A stretch of DNA of 64,000 bases, taken from contig CM060733.1 in NCBI GenBank assembly GCA_030704615.1, positions 65,534,001-65,598,000 on the forward strand, in the 5' to 3' direction. The notes below the pieces were generated by a model that was not told where the DNA came from, searched no databases, and saw only the letters and a program-made list of their open reading frames with translations. The position numbers and the translations under genes are program-made. This DNA is from Takakia lepidozioides. Taxonomy: Eukaryota > Plantae > Bryophyta. Shown here one piece after another: positions 48,557 through 62,600 of this stretch. Within the stretch, counting starts at the first letter, position 1, and each line of letters starts with the position of its first letter.

Positions 48557-49799
48557 GTTTTCCTACACTGACCGAAAGTTGCGATTCACAACGGAATCCC
48601 CGAACTGATAGCCCGTAATTCTCGAAAGGGGATCCACCCCAAACAAACTGAGGTCAATAAGGGTAGCACTGACCCAAAGACTACGGGCGATGCATGCAAA
48701 AGATGTAGGAATGACATGCACCGAACTTCGCAGACAGCCACACTGAGAGACACCAACCAGAAAAACTATTTTCTAAGACAAGAAGCCACAAGAAGCCGTG
48801 CTGTATTTGGACGAAAAACAAACCCTGAACATGACATGAAACCATCAATTATGGAAAGACGGCAACAACCCTGGAGAGCAGTAAACAGGAAGACCCCGAA
48901 TCTAATGAGGTTGTGTTGTGCCAGAAGAGCACAGCACAAACACTGACACTCCAGGAGACACCTCGCACGAATGTGTGCAACACATGACCATTGCCGACAC
49001 AACCCTTTATACCGAATAACCCCATTGCGACGGTGACGGCGAAATGCAAACCGCAGGGTAGGCAGTACAACACACGTGGATGCATATGTGAAGCATAACA
49101 ATTATTGCGAATCTGCAAGTACTGCTCGAAATTGAACTAGCATTAGATTTCTACGGCACTTCCGAATTTGAAAGAATGCAAGAAGGCTGCCATGTATTGG
49201 CAGGCGGCGAAGTACATCTGACATATATCACAAGTACGTGCAACGGATCTACTTTTTTTCTACCACTTTATTTCTTAGATAATACAAAGACGCCGAAATG
49301 GATGAATTCCGTTCACTCACAATGATGACACCCGCATCCAAATACGGTTAACAATGTCCAATTTTTATTTTGGTTACATGTCATAGCAACCCTTGTTACA
49401 AACGTCAAACTGGAGAGCTCTAGAGGCAGCGTGGGGAGCCCTTGTTTCCACCGGAGGAGGAAGAGAAGGAAGTCGTTATACTTCACGAGCACTAGGGACA
49501 GGAAGTAGATGAAGAGGAAAAGGAGGAAGAAAGAGGGCAAAGAGGAAAGTCTGGCGATGGAAGAGCAGGAATCTGGAGAAGAACAGCAGCCCGCCATACT
49601 TCCAAGAACAGGTGAGGAGGAGACTACATCCGAGGGAGAGACGGACGCCGAAGATGATGTTGATGCTGGCCTCACGAAGAACCAGATAGTGGAAAAGTGA
49701 ATCGGGGAGATGCTCCAAAACATGCTCGGCGTGGAGAGCAGTCCGAAGCGCAAAGAGTCTCCGGCGATTGGGGAGTCTTCTGGAGTAGTAAAAAAAAAG

Positions 49800-51470
49800 G
49801 TACAATGTTTGAGACCCACCTTTGTGTGATGTTAACCCCAGTTGTGCTTGTAATTTGATATGAAAATAGCCTACACACAGCATCTTTGGCAGGTTGAATC
49901 CACCCCAAATTGGAAGCTCAAATAGTGTGCGGCAACGCACACTGTTTGAGCCCCCAATTTTGCTTGTTTTCTGATGTGCAAAATGGCCACATAGGGCCCA
50001 CTATGGAGGTTCAATCCACCCCAAATTGGAAGCTCAAACAGTGTGCGTCAACGCACATTGTTTGAGCCCCCCTTATGCCTTGTTTTTTGGTGTGGAAATG
50101 GTGCACACATAGGCCTCTCTGTCCGGTTCAATCCACCCCTATTTCAAAGCTCAAATAGTGTGCGCCAATGCAAACTATTCGAGCCCCCCTTCGCATTGTT
50201 TTTTTCACAATAAAATCGTCCAGACAGGGTATCTCTATGAGGTTCAATCAACAATTTCCTGGCAGCTCCAGCAGTGTGCGTCAACGCACACTGTTTGAGC
50301 CCACCTTGTCATTGTTTTTTTCATTTGAAAATCGGCCACATAGGGCATCTCTTTGAGGTTCAATGCACACTTACCTGGCAGCTCAAACAGTGTGCGTCAA
50401 CGCACACTGTTTGAGCCCACCTTGTCATTGTTCTTTTCATGTGAAAATCGGCCACATAGGGCATGTCTTTGAGGTTCAATGCACACTTACCTGGCAGCTC
50501 AAACAGTGTGCGTCAACGCACACTGTTTGAGCCCACCTTGTCATTGTTCTTTTCATGTGAAAATCGGCCACATAGGGCATGTCTTTGAGGTTCAATGCAC
50601 ACTTACCTGGCAGCTCAAACAGTGTGCGTCAACGTACACTGTTTGAGCCCACCTTGTCATAGTTCTTTTCATGTGAAAATCGGCCACATAGGGCATCTCT
50701 TTGAGGTTCAATGCACACTTACCTGGCAGCTCAAACAGTGTGTCAACGCACACTGTTTGAGCCCACCTTGTCATAGTTTTTTTCATGTGAAAATCGGCCA
50801 CATAGGGCATCTCTTTCAGCTTCAATGCACACTTACCTGGCAGCTCAAATAGTGTGCGTCAACGCACACTGTTTGAGCCCACCTTGTCATTGTTTTTTTC
50901 ATGTGAAAATCGGCCACATAAGGCATGTTTTTGAGGTTCAATGCACACTTACCTGGCAGCTCAAACAGTGTGCGTCAACGTACACTATTTGAGCCCACCT
51001 TGTCATTGTTTTTTTCATGTGAAAATCGGCCACATAGGGCATCTCTTTCAGCTTCAATGCACACTTACCTGGCAGCTCAAATAGTGTGCGTCAACGCACA
51101 CTGTTTGAGCCCACCTTCTCATTATTTTTTTCATTTGAAAATCGACCACATAGGGCCACTCTGGCAGGTTCAATCCACCCGAATTGGAAGCTCAAACAGT
51201 GTGCGGCACCGCACACTGTTTGAGGCCCCCATTTTGCTTGTTTTTTCATGTTCAAAACGGCCACATAGGGCCACTCTGGCAGGTTCAATCCACCCCAAAT
51301 TGGAAGCTCAAACAGTGTGCGTCAACGCACACTGTTTGAGCCCCCCTTGTGCCTTGTTTTTTGGTGTGGAAATGGTGCACACAGGGGCCTCTCTGTCTGG
51401 TTCAATCCACCCCTATTTCAAAGCTCAAATAGTGTGCGCCAATGCACACTGTTTGAGCCCCCCTTCTCAT
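49800..51470. repeat. 116-bp tandem satellite (~14 units) containing a 36-bp inverted repeat
   Basis: GCTCAAACAGTGTGCG-TCAA-CGCACACTGTTTGAGC at e.g. 50381, 50497 and 50613 (period 116). Confidence 0.95.
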
Positions 51471-51499
51471 TGTTTATTTTATAATAAAATCGTCCATCT

Positions 51500-53640
51500 C
51501 TCTCATTCTCCCTCTTATCCCTCACTCTCCCTCTCGCCCTTATCTCTCTCCCTCATTCTCTCCCTCACTCTCTCTCTCCCTCTTCTCCCTTTTTTGTTGT
51601 TTGAGCGAGGGAGTGTGCCCACGCGACTTGGTGGCGGAGCGCCAGCTTGAAGGAGCTGCTGCGTGAGGCGCCCAACTGCAGGTTAGCAGCCATGCATTTC
51701 TAGTCTTCATAGTGAGAGTTTGGGTTCCACGGAGTAGACAGTGGAATCCCCCGGATCTCATAGTATATAGGACAATAGAAGAAGTGTGTTCTTCAGTTTC
51801 AATTTCATGGAGAGAGAGAGAGAGAGATTTCCCTCTTTTTTTGGGGACCTGCACAAAGGAGAAGGAGAGAGAGGGATAACGAGGGACAGGGACAGACGGG
51901 AGAGAGGGAGGGAGAGGGATAGAGGAGGCCAAGAAAATAAAAAAAAGAAGTGTGGGGGGGGGGGGGGGGGGGGGGGGGGGTGACTGAGCAGCAGCAGTTC
52001 AGCCCCTCTCTGGTTTTTTTTCTTTTGTGAGCAGCAGAGGGGAGGGACAGATGGAGGAGAGAGACGGGAGAAATGAGGGAAAAAAAAAAAAATTGGGGGG
52101 GGGGGGGGGGGGGGGGGGGTGTGACTGAGCAGATGCTGGTGCTGCTCAGTCACCCCCCCCCCCCCCCCCCCACCTTCTTTTTTAGTTTTTTTTCCCTCCT
52201 CACTCCCTCTTTTCTCGCTCTCTCCCTCTCTCTCCACATCTTCATGGGACAGAGGGAGAAGAAGAGAAGGAGAGATGGAGAGATGAGGGAAAGAAAAAAA
52301 AAAACAAAGGGGGGGGGGGGGGGCTGACTCAGCAGCAGCAGCTGGCTCAGTCACTCCCCCCCTCCACCTGTTTTTTTTTGTTTTTTTTTGTTTTTTTCGT
52401 CATCACTCCCTCTCTCCCTCTCTCTCTCCACATCCTGATGGGACAGAGGGGGAGATGCGGGAAAGAGGGGAGAGAGAGAGGGACAGAAGGGGTTGGGGGA
52501 CTGTTGAGGGAAAAAAAGACAACAAAAGGTGGTGCGGTGGGGAGTGGACTGAGCAGCGCAGCTGCCCTCAGTCCCTCTCCCCCCCCCCCCCCCCCAATTT
52601 TTATTTTTATTTTTCCCCCCTAAACAGTCCTTCTCTCTCCACATCTTCATGGGACAGAGGGAGAGATGAGGGAAAAGAGGGAGAGAGAGGGCGAGGCAGA
52701 GAGGGACAGAGGGACAGAGGGAGATGAAAAAACGAAGAAGATGAAAAACAAAATATAGATGGTGGGGGGGGGGGGGTGACAGAGCTGAGAGCGAGAGAGA
52801 GAGAGGGAGAGAGAGGGAGAGATGAAAGAAAAAAAAAAAAAAAAAAAAAAAGTGGGGCCGGGGGGGGGGGTAGTGACTGAGCAGCTGCTCCCTCTCTCTC
52901 CCTCTCTCCCTCTCTCTCCACATCGTGATGGGACAGAGGGAGAGAGAGGGAGAGAGGCAGTGAGGGAGAGAGGGAGAGAGAGGGACTGTTGAGGGGGGGA
53001 AAAAAAAAAAAAAAGGTTGGGGGGGGGGGGGGCAGCTGCTCCACTCACTTCCCCACCCCCCCACCATTTTTTTTATTTTTTCCCCTCAACAGTCCCTCAC
53101 TCTCCACATCCTGATGGGACAGAGGAGACAGAGGACATAGAGGCAGAGGTGGGGAAACAAAGAGGAAGAGATGAGGGAAAAGTGGAGGAGAGATGAGGGA
53201 AGAAAAATAAAAAAGAAGTTGGGGGGGGGGGGGGGCGAGTGACTCAGCAACTGTTGCTGCTCAGTCCACATCCCTCCCCCACCTTTTCATTTTTTGTTTG
53301 TGAGAATGGTGGGGGGTGATGTGTGAAAAGCAGCTTAGCTGCTGCCTAGCCCCCCCCCCCGACCTTTCATTTTTGGTGTTAGGCAATGGTGGGGGGCGCT
53401 GAGAGCTGCAATAGCAAGTAATGCTGCTGCTGCTCTCAGTCCCCCCCACCTTTTTTTTTCTTTTTGGAATGGTGGGGGCTGACAGCAGCAGCAAGTGCTG
53501 GTGCTTCAGCACCCCCCCCCCCACACCCTCCCCCCCCTCTTTCATTTTTTGCTTATCAACAGAGAGAGAAAGGGGGAGACAAAGATATAGGAATAAAGAT
53601 AGAGGGAGAGAGAGAGAGGGGAAGGGGGAGGGTCAGGCCT
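51500..53640. repeat. Low-complexity GA/TC, poly-G and poly-C region with recurring modules
   Basis: Recurrent CTCTCTCCACATC.T.ATGGGACAGAGG and G-run/TGACTGAGCAG...CTGCTCAGTCA/C-run modules. Confidence 0.85.
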
Positions 53641-54000
53641 TGTTGGTTTTGGCATGTGAAATCACACGGTAGTAGTGTTGTGGGCGCAGGGATAAGCTGG
53701 TAGTATGGCAAAGGACAAGGAGAAGAGGCCGCCGAAGGACAAGGAGAAGGGGCCGCCGAAGGACAAGGAGAAGGCGCCGCCGAAGGAGCAGAAATCGCTT
53801 GTCGCTAAGGTAGGGAAGCTTGACAATGCTCCCGTCATTGACAGCCGTGTGACACGGTCCACTTGGTCCAAACTCACCAACCCTATAGGCGGCTAGGTGA
53901 GAGACCAAGCCGTAAGGCCGTCGAGGCCTCCACGCCCTTGAAGGTTGAGGCTGGGGATGAGCCTCCACTTGAGGGGACCCTATGGACTGTGTAATCCGCA

Positions 54001-54200
54001 TGGGCTGTGTTGGGCTGTGACAGGCTGTGTCAGACTGTGGTGAACTGTGATAGGCTGTGTGACACTGTGATGGGCTGTGAGACACTGTGATGGGCTGTGA
54101 TAGGCTGTGTCACAATGTGATGGGCTGTGATGGGCTGTGATAGGCTGTGTGGCACTGTGATGAACTGTGATAGGCTGTGTGACACTGTGATGGGCTGTGA
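54001..54200. repeat. 10-bp minisatellite, 20 units
   Basis: Units TGGGCTGTGA / TAGGCTGTGT / GACACTGTGA in exact 10-bp register. Confidence 0.95.
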
Positions 54201-54349
54201 TAGCTATACGAACAACTGTACTTCCCGCCTTGGTCGTACATGCTCGGCTTAGCGACAAGTGCTCCATACTCCGTTGGTATCACGGGCGCAGCCCGTGACT
54301 GTTTTTGTGTTTCAACATGCAAATCGTGCTGCAATGGTTTGTCATGGAT

Positions 54350-57300
54350 ACCACTGTATCCCTTCAACTTATTGGCATTGACTCTTCCCAGCATTTATTT
54401 ATTAATGGTTTGTAACATGGCGGTGTTATTATCATACATCTTCTGTATGACATAAGGTCTTTTCCATGGTGATTTAAGCTTAGAAGCTTTAATCTTCCCC
54501 TTCTTCTGCAACCACAGTACCAAATCTCCCGTCTTAAAAGTCTTTAATTTACCTTCATCAAACTGATCCTTCCTCTTCATCCGAATTCTGGTCATGTTAT
54601 CTGCTGCATCAGCACGTACTTCCTCCACATGGTATAATTCATGTTTCCTGACTTTAATCGAATCTTCCAATTCCATTCTCCTTCCCCATTCAGTTCTCAT
54701 AGTAGGTAACAAGAATTCCACTGGAAGTAAAGCTTCCATACCATAAACTAATTGGAATGGTGTATACTTAGTGGTGACTTTATATGAAGTCCTGTATGAC
54801 CACAAAGCTGTCAGCAGCTTTGTATCCCAATCTGTTCTGTTCGCATTGACTATCTTAGCCAAGATAGTACATAATATTTTGTTGGTGGCTTCTGCCTGCC
54901 CATTACTCTGTGGGTAATAAGTTGTACTTTTTCTATGCACAATCATGAACTCTTTAGTCAATAATTCTATGGTCTCATTAATGAAGTGACTTCCCTGGTC
55001 ACTGATAAATTCCAGGAGGTAGCCAAATCTTGTAAGTATGTTCTTATACAAGAACCTTGCTGTGGACTTAGCTGTGTTGTCCCTCAGAGCTTTAGCTTCC
55101 ACTCACTTTGTAGTATAATCAGTGGCTGTGATTATATACTTGTTCTGTGTATTCTTGGCTGGTGGGTTAATTGGTCCAACAAAGTCTAGTCCCCATTTCT
55201 GAAATGGTTCAGTAGGCATCGTTGGATGCAAAGCCATCTTTCCAGATCTCTGCAATGGTCCTAGCCTCTGTCACTCATCACAACTCTTACAATACTTGTG
55301 TACATCATTGAACAAAGTAGGCAACCAGTAACCTGCAAGTAGTATCTTTCTACTGGTAGTCTCTTCTCCAAAATGACCTCCAACCACTCCTTTATGAACT
55401 TCCTCCAAAACTTTATTTACTTCATCGTGGTACAAGCATCGTTTAAGTACTCCATCAGGTCCTAGCTTATACATTCTGCCCCCTACCATAGTGTAAGGTA
55501 AAGCCTTGATAGCAATTCTCTTCCTCTGCTCCTTCCCGTAACTAAGTGGGCACTGACCATGAGTAAGGTAGTATCTGATTGGCCACTGCCAATCTAACCA
55601 GTCATCTGCACTTCCCTGTACCTCCACTGCAAATAAACTCGCATCAGGTAGTTGGTCGTCTACTCTTGTGGCGGGCTCTCCTGTTGATAGGCGTGACAAG
55701 TGATCTGCCACAAGATGCAAACGGCCAGGCTTGTAAACAACTTCAAACTCAAACTCGTGCAAGATTATTAACCACCTTGCTATCCTTCCACGTATCAAAG
55801 GCTTGTTCACCAGATAAATCAGAGCCTGATGATCCACATAAAACATAAACTTCCTTTCCAATAGGTAATGCCTGAATTTCTTGACTGCATAAATCATTGC
55901 CAGTGCTTCTCTTTCAGTTGTACCATAGTTCCTTTCAGCACTGTTCATCAACCTACTAGCATAGTACACAGGAGGATCTATGTTTCCTGTAACATTTTGG
56001 GCTAACACTGCTCCCAACATTTCTCCTGAGGCATCACAATGAACATGAAATACTACATGCCAGTGAGGGTTAATCAGCACAGGTGTAGTTGTTACTGACA
56101 AGGTAAGTTCCTCAAAAGCCTGTTGGCATTCAACTGTCCATGCAAACACTGCATCTTTCTTCAAAAGGTGGTGGAGAGGCTTTAATGGCCTCTGTCTTTC
56201 TGGGATCCACAAGAAGTCCCCTCTTACACACTATGTGTTCCAAAAGTACCCTTGAGTTCACACAGAAAGTACACTTCTCTGGATTCAGGCCCAGACCTCT
56301 CATCCTGCATCTGGCCAAACATAACTCCAATTTATGCAAGTGCTCACTCTTAGAGCTGTACACACTGAAATCATCTAAGAACACCTGCATGAAATCATCC
56401 AGATACTCATGGAAAGATTCACTTATCACTCTCTGAAAGGTTGCTGGTGCATTACAAAGTCCAAAAGGCATGACTTTGTATGCATAAGCACCCCAGTCTG
56501 TGATGAAAGTTGTCTTTCCCTGGTCTTCTTCTGCCATTTGCACTTGGTTATACCCATTGAAGCCATCCATGAATGAGTACATCTCATGGCCTGCCACAAT
56601 GTCCAGTACCGCTTCTGTGAATGGTAAAGGGAAATGATCTTTCTTTGTACAAGCATTCAACTTCTTATAGTTCACACAAACTCTCAGTTTACCATTCTTC
56701 TTGGGAACTATCACAATGGGTGACAACCAAGTTGTATACTCTATCGGGTATATAAACTTAGCCTCAGCCAACTTCTTGATCTCTCCCCCAACCTTCTGTG
56801 CATAGTTGGGATTCATTCTGTACCTTGCCTATTTGATTGGTACTGACCCTGTTCCAGTTCAATCTTATGCTGACAGATCTAGGTGGTATCCATTTCAGAT
56901 CCTCATAGCTCCAAGCAAATACATCTCTGTATTTGATGAACAGACTCTTAGCTTCCTCAAAGAATTCTGGCTCCAAGTCAGCCCCTACCTTCACCATTCT
57001 CGGTTCCTCTTCAGTTCCCACATTCACTTCTCTCACCTGCTCATCAGCTGTGATTGTCCAACCAGTCACCACTTCATCCTGTAAACTCACAGTGGCTGGT
57101 TCCTCTAGGATTTCCATTTTTCCCTCCCTTTCTTCATAAAAATGTGGTGGGTAGCTGCTTGTCTCCCCTTCAATTGGTGTTGTTGTTACTACACCACAAC
57201 AGATACCTTTTAAACAACTTAGGCCTTCCAGTTGCATCTCTGCAACCTGCTCCCACTCTGGGTGTGCAGCGAACAGGGTAGCTTCCTGCTCCTCATCAAG

Positions 57301-59614
57301 TCCTCCCCTCCAGTCATACTCCCTGACCCCTCGAGGTCGTCTCGTAGCAGGTAGTCTACTAGATTTCTTAGTGGTGATTTGTATCTTGTGCATCCCATCA
57401 TGCATAGTTAGTAACTGGGAATTCCAGTCATGGAATACCCTGGCCTGTTTCAGCCACGGTCGACCCAGCAATAAGGAGTATGCTTCCAAGACATCATCCA
57501 TTTTCAACACAGTTACTGTGATCTTAAAGATCATCTTTTGAATCTGTATCTTAACTCCTCTTATCAATCCCAATGGCTGAACACTTCTTTGATCTGCCAT
57601 TGTTACTATGAATGGGGCTAGTTTCATGTTACTTAGACCAAGCTTCTGCCTTAATTGGTCTGTCATGATATTCACTCTAGAGCCTCCATCTATCAGTACA
57701 TCAGTTAGATCTGTGCTTCCAATTCTCAATTGGATTACTGGCATAGAATCATCAAAGTCCATGACTATTTCTCGCCCTTCCGGCTTCACATTATAACTGG
57801 TCACTTTGCTGTTCAAGTCTGTGTTCCCTGTCACATGGGCAATCTGATTGATTGCTTGATACAGCCTGTGCCTACAATAAGGTGCCACAGCCAATAACTG
57901 TCCAATGGTAATCTCCGCTTTGGACTGGCATATTACTTCAGCCAAAGTCCCTTCATTACTCTGCATTTCTGCAACTTCTTTCTTCCCTTCATCCTCACTC
58001 ACTTCCTCTTCTCTTTCAGAATAAGAGGAATCTGCCATAGGAATATCAGTACTCTTCTGCATTTCCCTTATGGTATCTGCCACTTCCTTGTGCAGTTCCT
58101 TCTCATCTCTCCAAGCCTCATCATCTTCAGGCACATCACTGCCATCTTCATTATCATCACCTTCCTCATCTACTGGAGGTATTAATTTAGCTTTGCTTCT
58201 GGTTACTATCATTGTACTTACTTCTGGTACAACACATGGCCTAACCATGTGAGCTGCCACCATTGGGCCCTCATTCACAGGAGCTCTCATCTCATTCTGG
58301 TGTCTAATCCAGAATGAACAGGTTGCCTTGCGATGTCCTGCCTGATTACAATAGTAACACAGTTCTTCACCATTGGGTCCTCGCCCTTGGTATGCTCTAG
58401 GATTATTTCTGTAATCCTGATTCCCTGGCTGGTAATTCCCCCTTGGATTACCTTGATAGTTGCCTTTGGAATTTCCTTGGTAATTCCCTCTTGGATTACC
58501 TCTCCCTTCCATACCATTGTTATAACCACCAGGCCTACCATAGTGGTCCTGATCATTGTTTCTTCTTGGCTGGGGCTGCACTTGATGCACCCTTACTTGC
58601 CTAGGTTCTTTTGCAGCAATCCTTCTGTTGTAATAACAATTCTCAGTAGAATGGTTATCCATTTTACAGATAGTACAGTGTTTCTCCTTCATGTGGCATT
58701 CAGCTGTGGTATGGCCTTCATTCTGGCATTTTGCACACCAAACACCCTTCCTCCAATGTGTTGCAGCCTTTGTGGCATACTTCTTTAAAATTTCTTCCAA
58801 TCTTCTCTTAGAGTTATCCCTCTTCAACTTTTCCTTCTTCTTACTCTTCCTCTTGAGCTCTTGTTCTTCTTCCTCATCTGACTCATCCTCAGAGTCCTCA
58901 TCATCCCTTTTCTATCTCCTGAGCATTTCCAATTGCTCAATTCTGTTAGCTGTTTCAAATGCCTCCTCCACCGTATTATGGGGTAACATATCCACTTTCT
59001 TTTGCAACTCTGGTCTTAGCCCACTCACAAACCAAGTCTTTTGTAAACCTGGTGCTGGTACAGCAGCCAGCTTTTTCATCATCAATTCCATTTTTTTCAT
59101 ATACTCCTCAACAGTTTCATGCTTCTTTTGCTTTAACTGTTGTAAACTTCCATACACTTCATCCTCAATTTTACTTGTCCTGAACCTATTTCGGAATGTT
59201 GTATTCAAGCCATTCCAGGTTAGGAAACGATTATCAGGGAATCTTGCATATCATTCACTTGCTTTCTTTATAAGTGAACAAGGAAACAGTCTCATCTTGG
59301 CATCATCGCCATTCTCATTGTTCATAATACACATGTGCTCAAATTAGCTAATGTGTACATCAGGATCCCCTATTCCTGAATATATTGGAAAATGTGGTTT
59401 TGCCCGTGTTGGTTGTAACGCCATCTGTGGCCCTACCCCCTGCCCACTGACAGGTGCTGGCCCCCTTGCTGGTGCTGGTCCTTGAGGACCGGTTGTAGTT
59501 GTGGTGGAACTTCCAGCAAGTGCTGGCCCCTGAGCACTCCCTGCTACTGGCCCCACTATATTCACAGTATTCCCAGCTCCAGTTGCACTACTTCCCACAC
59601 TCCCTGTTCCCCCA
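54350..59614 (-). mobile_element. Ty3/gypsy (non-chromovirus, Athila/Tat-like RT) gag-pol, degenerate, cut at its 5' side by the TIR element
   Basis: gag Zn knuckles; protease VLIDGGS; RT KDHFPLPF..YSFMDGFNGYNQ..FLDDF; RH VHCDAS..TTEREALAM..YVDHQAL; integrase H-H-C-C, FISDQGSHF, GQAEATNK, terminal LGRVNANKLKGY. Confidence 0.95.
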
Positions 59615-62600
59615 GGGGGGTGCTATTCCGTGAGCCCGGAGGCGTGAGCCTGTGAGCCCAGGAAAGCGTGAGCCCAGCACAGGCTCACGCCACGTCAGCA
59701 TGCAAACAGTGTCTATTTCCGCGGATGTCACCTATTTCCGAGTGGTGTCACCTATTTCCGCGGGTTGATTTGGGTAGAATTGAGAATGCCTAAACAGTTT
59801 TTGATGAGGTGGACTTCACCGTGATGGATTCACCAACCATTCTTCTAGCAGGAATAGTTTGGGGACCAACTAGCAAATGATGCGAGGATGCTCTACACGA
59901 ACTAAAGTGGTTTGTTTGTTTTCGCAATGTACTTAAGTCTGTGAGGTCCACAAAACACCAAATAGATTGAAGGAACAATCTAGGCAGTCCATGCAACCCC
60001 CATCTCCAACAATAGTTTGTAACCATGAATGTGAATTCCACGCACACATTGCAAACAGGACAACAAGGATACACAACCATCCCATTTCAAATTTGGCCCA
60101 GAATTAAACCAAAAGAAAACTTCATATCAAGTGTTGCAGTCATCACAATCAGTGTCCACCTCCTGTGCTATGTCATCTACAAAGATTCTGGCCCCAACAC
60201 CACGTGTTCTACGAAGGCCGTCGTAAGGTGGACTCGGAGTCCCATGAACGGACATGCTTGCTGCGAGTGCCTCCGCATAGACAGGTAGCACGCAAGACCG
60301 AGGAGGACTGCAAACAAGTCCAAATAGGTGTGATAGCCCTGTAGGGCAAGTGGAAACACGCGGACTCCTGCACATGTCCACAAAACCCAATTTTTAACAC
60401 AATGATGCAATGCACAAGTCCAACAAAGAGGATGTCTCCAATGTGCACTTTGCCTCAAGAACAGCGATTCTCGATATTGAAACAACAATGCAAGCATGCA
60501 AAGGTTGAACTTACTCACAGGCAAAGTCGGAGTCCAGCTCCTTGTCAGAAGTCTCCTCTGTATCAGTATCAACGGGACGGGGCTTCGGAAGGACTTGAGA
60601 AGTGTGTCCACCCAAACCCATCAGGAGGTTCTTGTAAATCTCAGCATCCCCTTCAATCCCAAAGAGATGTCGCGCACTGGCCTTGCAAGCGTGGTAAGAA
60701 GCACCTGCAATGGAATAGAATGAATGAAGAAGACATTGAAGACACATTCGGAACGGTGGGAAGTGCTGAAAGTGCAAGCTCAATCAAACCTCATGAAATG
60801 TGAATGTTGAAGAGACGAACCTGTGCCCATCGACAAATCCAGAACTCTGGCGTCTGTGTAGGTGCAGCACTCCACAATCGTTTGAATGAAAGCTGGGCTC
60901 CTCTCCCTCGCCCCTCTCCAAGGAACCCCATTCCCCCTTCGCAAGCACACGTTGCTGTCGACGTAGTTGTGATGCATGTCATCCGTGGGGGGATCTGTCC
61001 TGTCATCTATGAACTTGGCCCCATGAGTGATGGCAAACTTGGTAATGCCGGCCGGAGTCGTTTGTGGATGCACCCGGACGAGACAAACAGCTTCAAATAG
61101 ACGAGTCTGCGAACATGACATCCACAAGGAACTAAGAAGCAAAAAAAAATCGGGCCCCTACATATGAGTTCGAGCGACCTATACAACCCCATCCGAGAAC
61201 AACCAAGAAGAGGAAGAAGAAGGCAAACTCACCATCTCTCCCGGACGATCCCCCTTCGTAAGGTACATGCTATTCACACAATTCCATGTCTTCACGACTC
61301 TCATGCCCGAGGCTTTCAAATAGCTGGAAAGTGCACGGCGACACCGACCGTCGATGGACTGGATGAGCACCAAAACACCTGCATCGGACAAGAAGAAGTT
61401 GCAAAAGGAGAAAACCCACCGCCAGTAGCGCTCATCAAAAGCATTCCAACCCGGACAAGCACCCGATGGAGGGATATCCGGGACTGCCAACCCATCAGGG
61501 ATGTCCAAGATGATGAGTTCGGCTGCATATGGCTTCTCCTTCCCGTTCACCCAGGATTTGGTCATTTTAGCCTGCAAACAAAAATACAATGGAATTCTCA
61601 CAAGTTTAGAAACGATCCATGCCCACAGCAGACAAAAACAACAGAAGCCACAGAACCCAAAGAGAACACGCACCGTGCTGAGGAACTGCACAATCCTGTC
61701 CCACACTGGTGATGGCTTGCCCTTGTAATCAGATTTCTTCGACTCCATCATGGCAAGGAACCCGACGTTGGCCATCTCCAACCTGGTTGGGCGAATGACC
61801 CTCGTGGAATGTTCCACTGCATGGTACGAGTCCTTGGGATCAACCACCCCCTTGTTTTTTCTCCCGGATCCCCTACCATGCGGTGGAGTCTGCTGGACAT
61901 GCTCCACAGGGCCAATATCTGCAACACTTCCTGCCCTTGTGCCACCTTCCCTCTACCCCTTCCCTTCCCAACAACACCAGCAACATCTTTTCCCTTTGCC
62001 TTTCTTCCTCTACCTGGGGTATCCTGAGCGGGAGGCTCCTTCTCTGCAAGAGTCCTCAAATTTCGTTCCTGAATGTCGAGGTCGGCTGTTGCGGCAGTGG
62101 CTGCAATACGGTCATTCTCTCTCCTCAAAGACACCTCTGGAGCTGGGGTCTCAGAAGAGGGCAATCCAAATACCAACCACAAGAAGAAAGATGGTCTGGG
62201 CCCCAGTCATGCAAGATCCCAGTAGTAAACATGGTCTAGTTGCCAGCAGGGACAAGCCACAGGTCCACGAAATCCGGATGTTTGTCAGGCAATTCTCTTC
62301 CAGGAGAACAAACTTTATGTACCTGCAGCAACAGAGACAGCCTCATTTTACAATGGAAATATTGTGTGGCAACTTTTCCATCACACCAGGAAGACCCCCT
62401 TCAACAGTATGCCACACAACACATTGCAGCCACAGCACAAATAAGTAGTGCAAGAGTGTGCACCTGTAAAGGCATCATTTCCAGGCTTCCTCTCCTTTTT
62501 CTTGCTGGTCCAGCTCATTTGTTCGACTGATGCCACCCTCCTTGCTGAACTCTCTAAAGAAACAAGAGTGCCACACTGTGGCTCTCCATTTCCTCATGTA

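Noticed and set aside
49800-51470. CRISPR-like 36-bp hairpin repeats
   Set aside because: The 80-bp spacers are near-identical, so this is a tandem satellite.
51500-53700. Pro/Gly/Phe/Arg-rich ORFs
   Set aside because: They are by-products of homopolymer and GA/TC low-complexity sequence.
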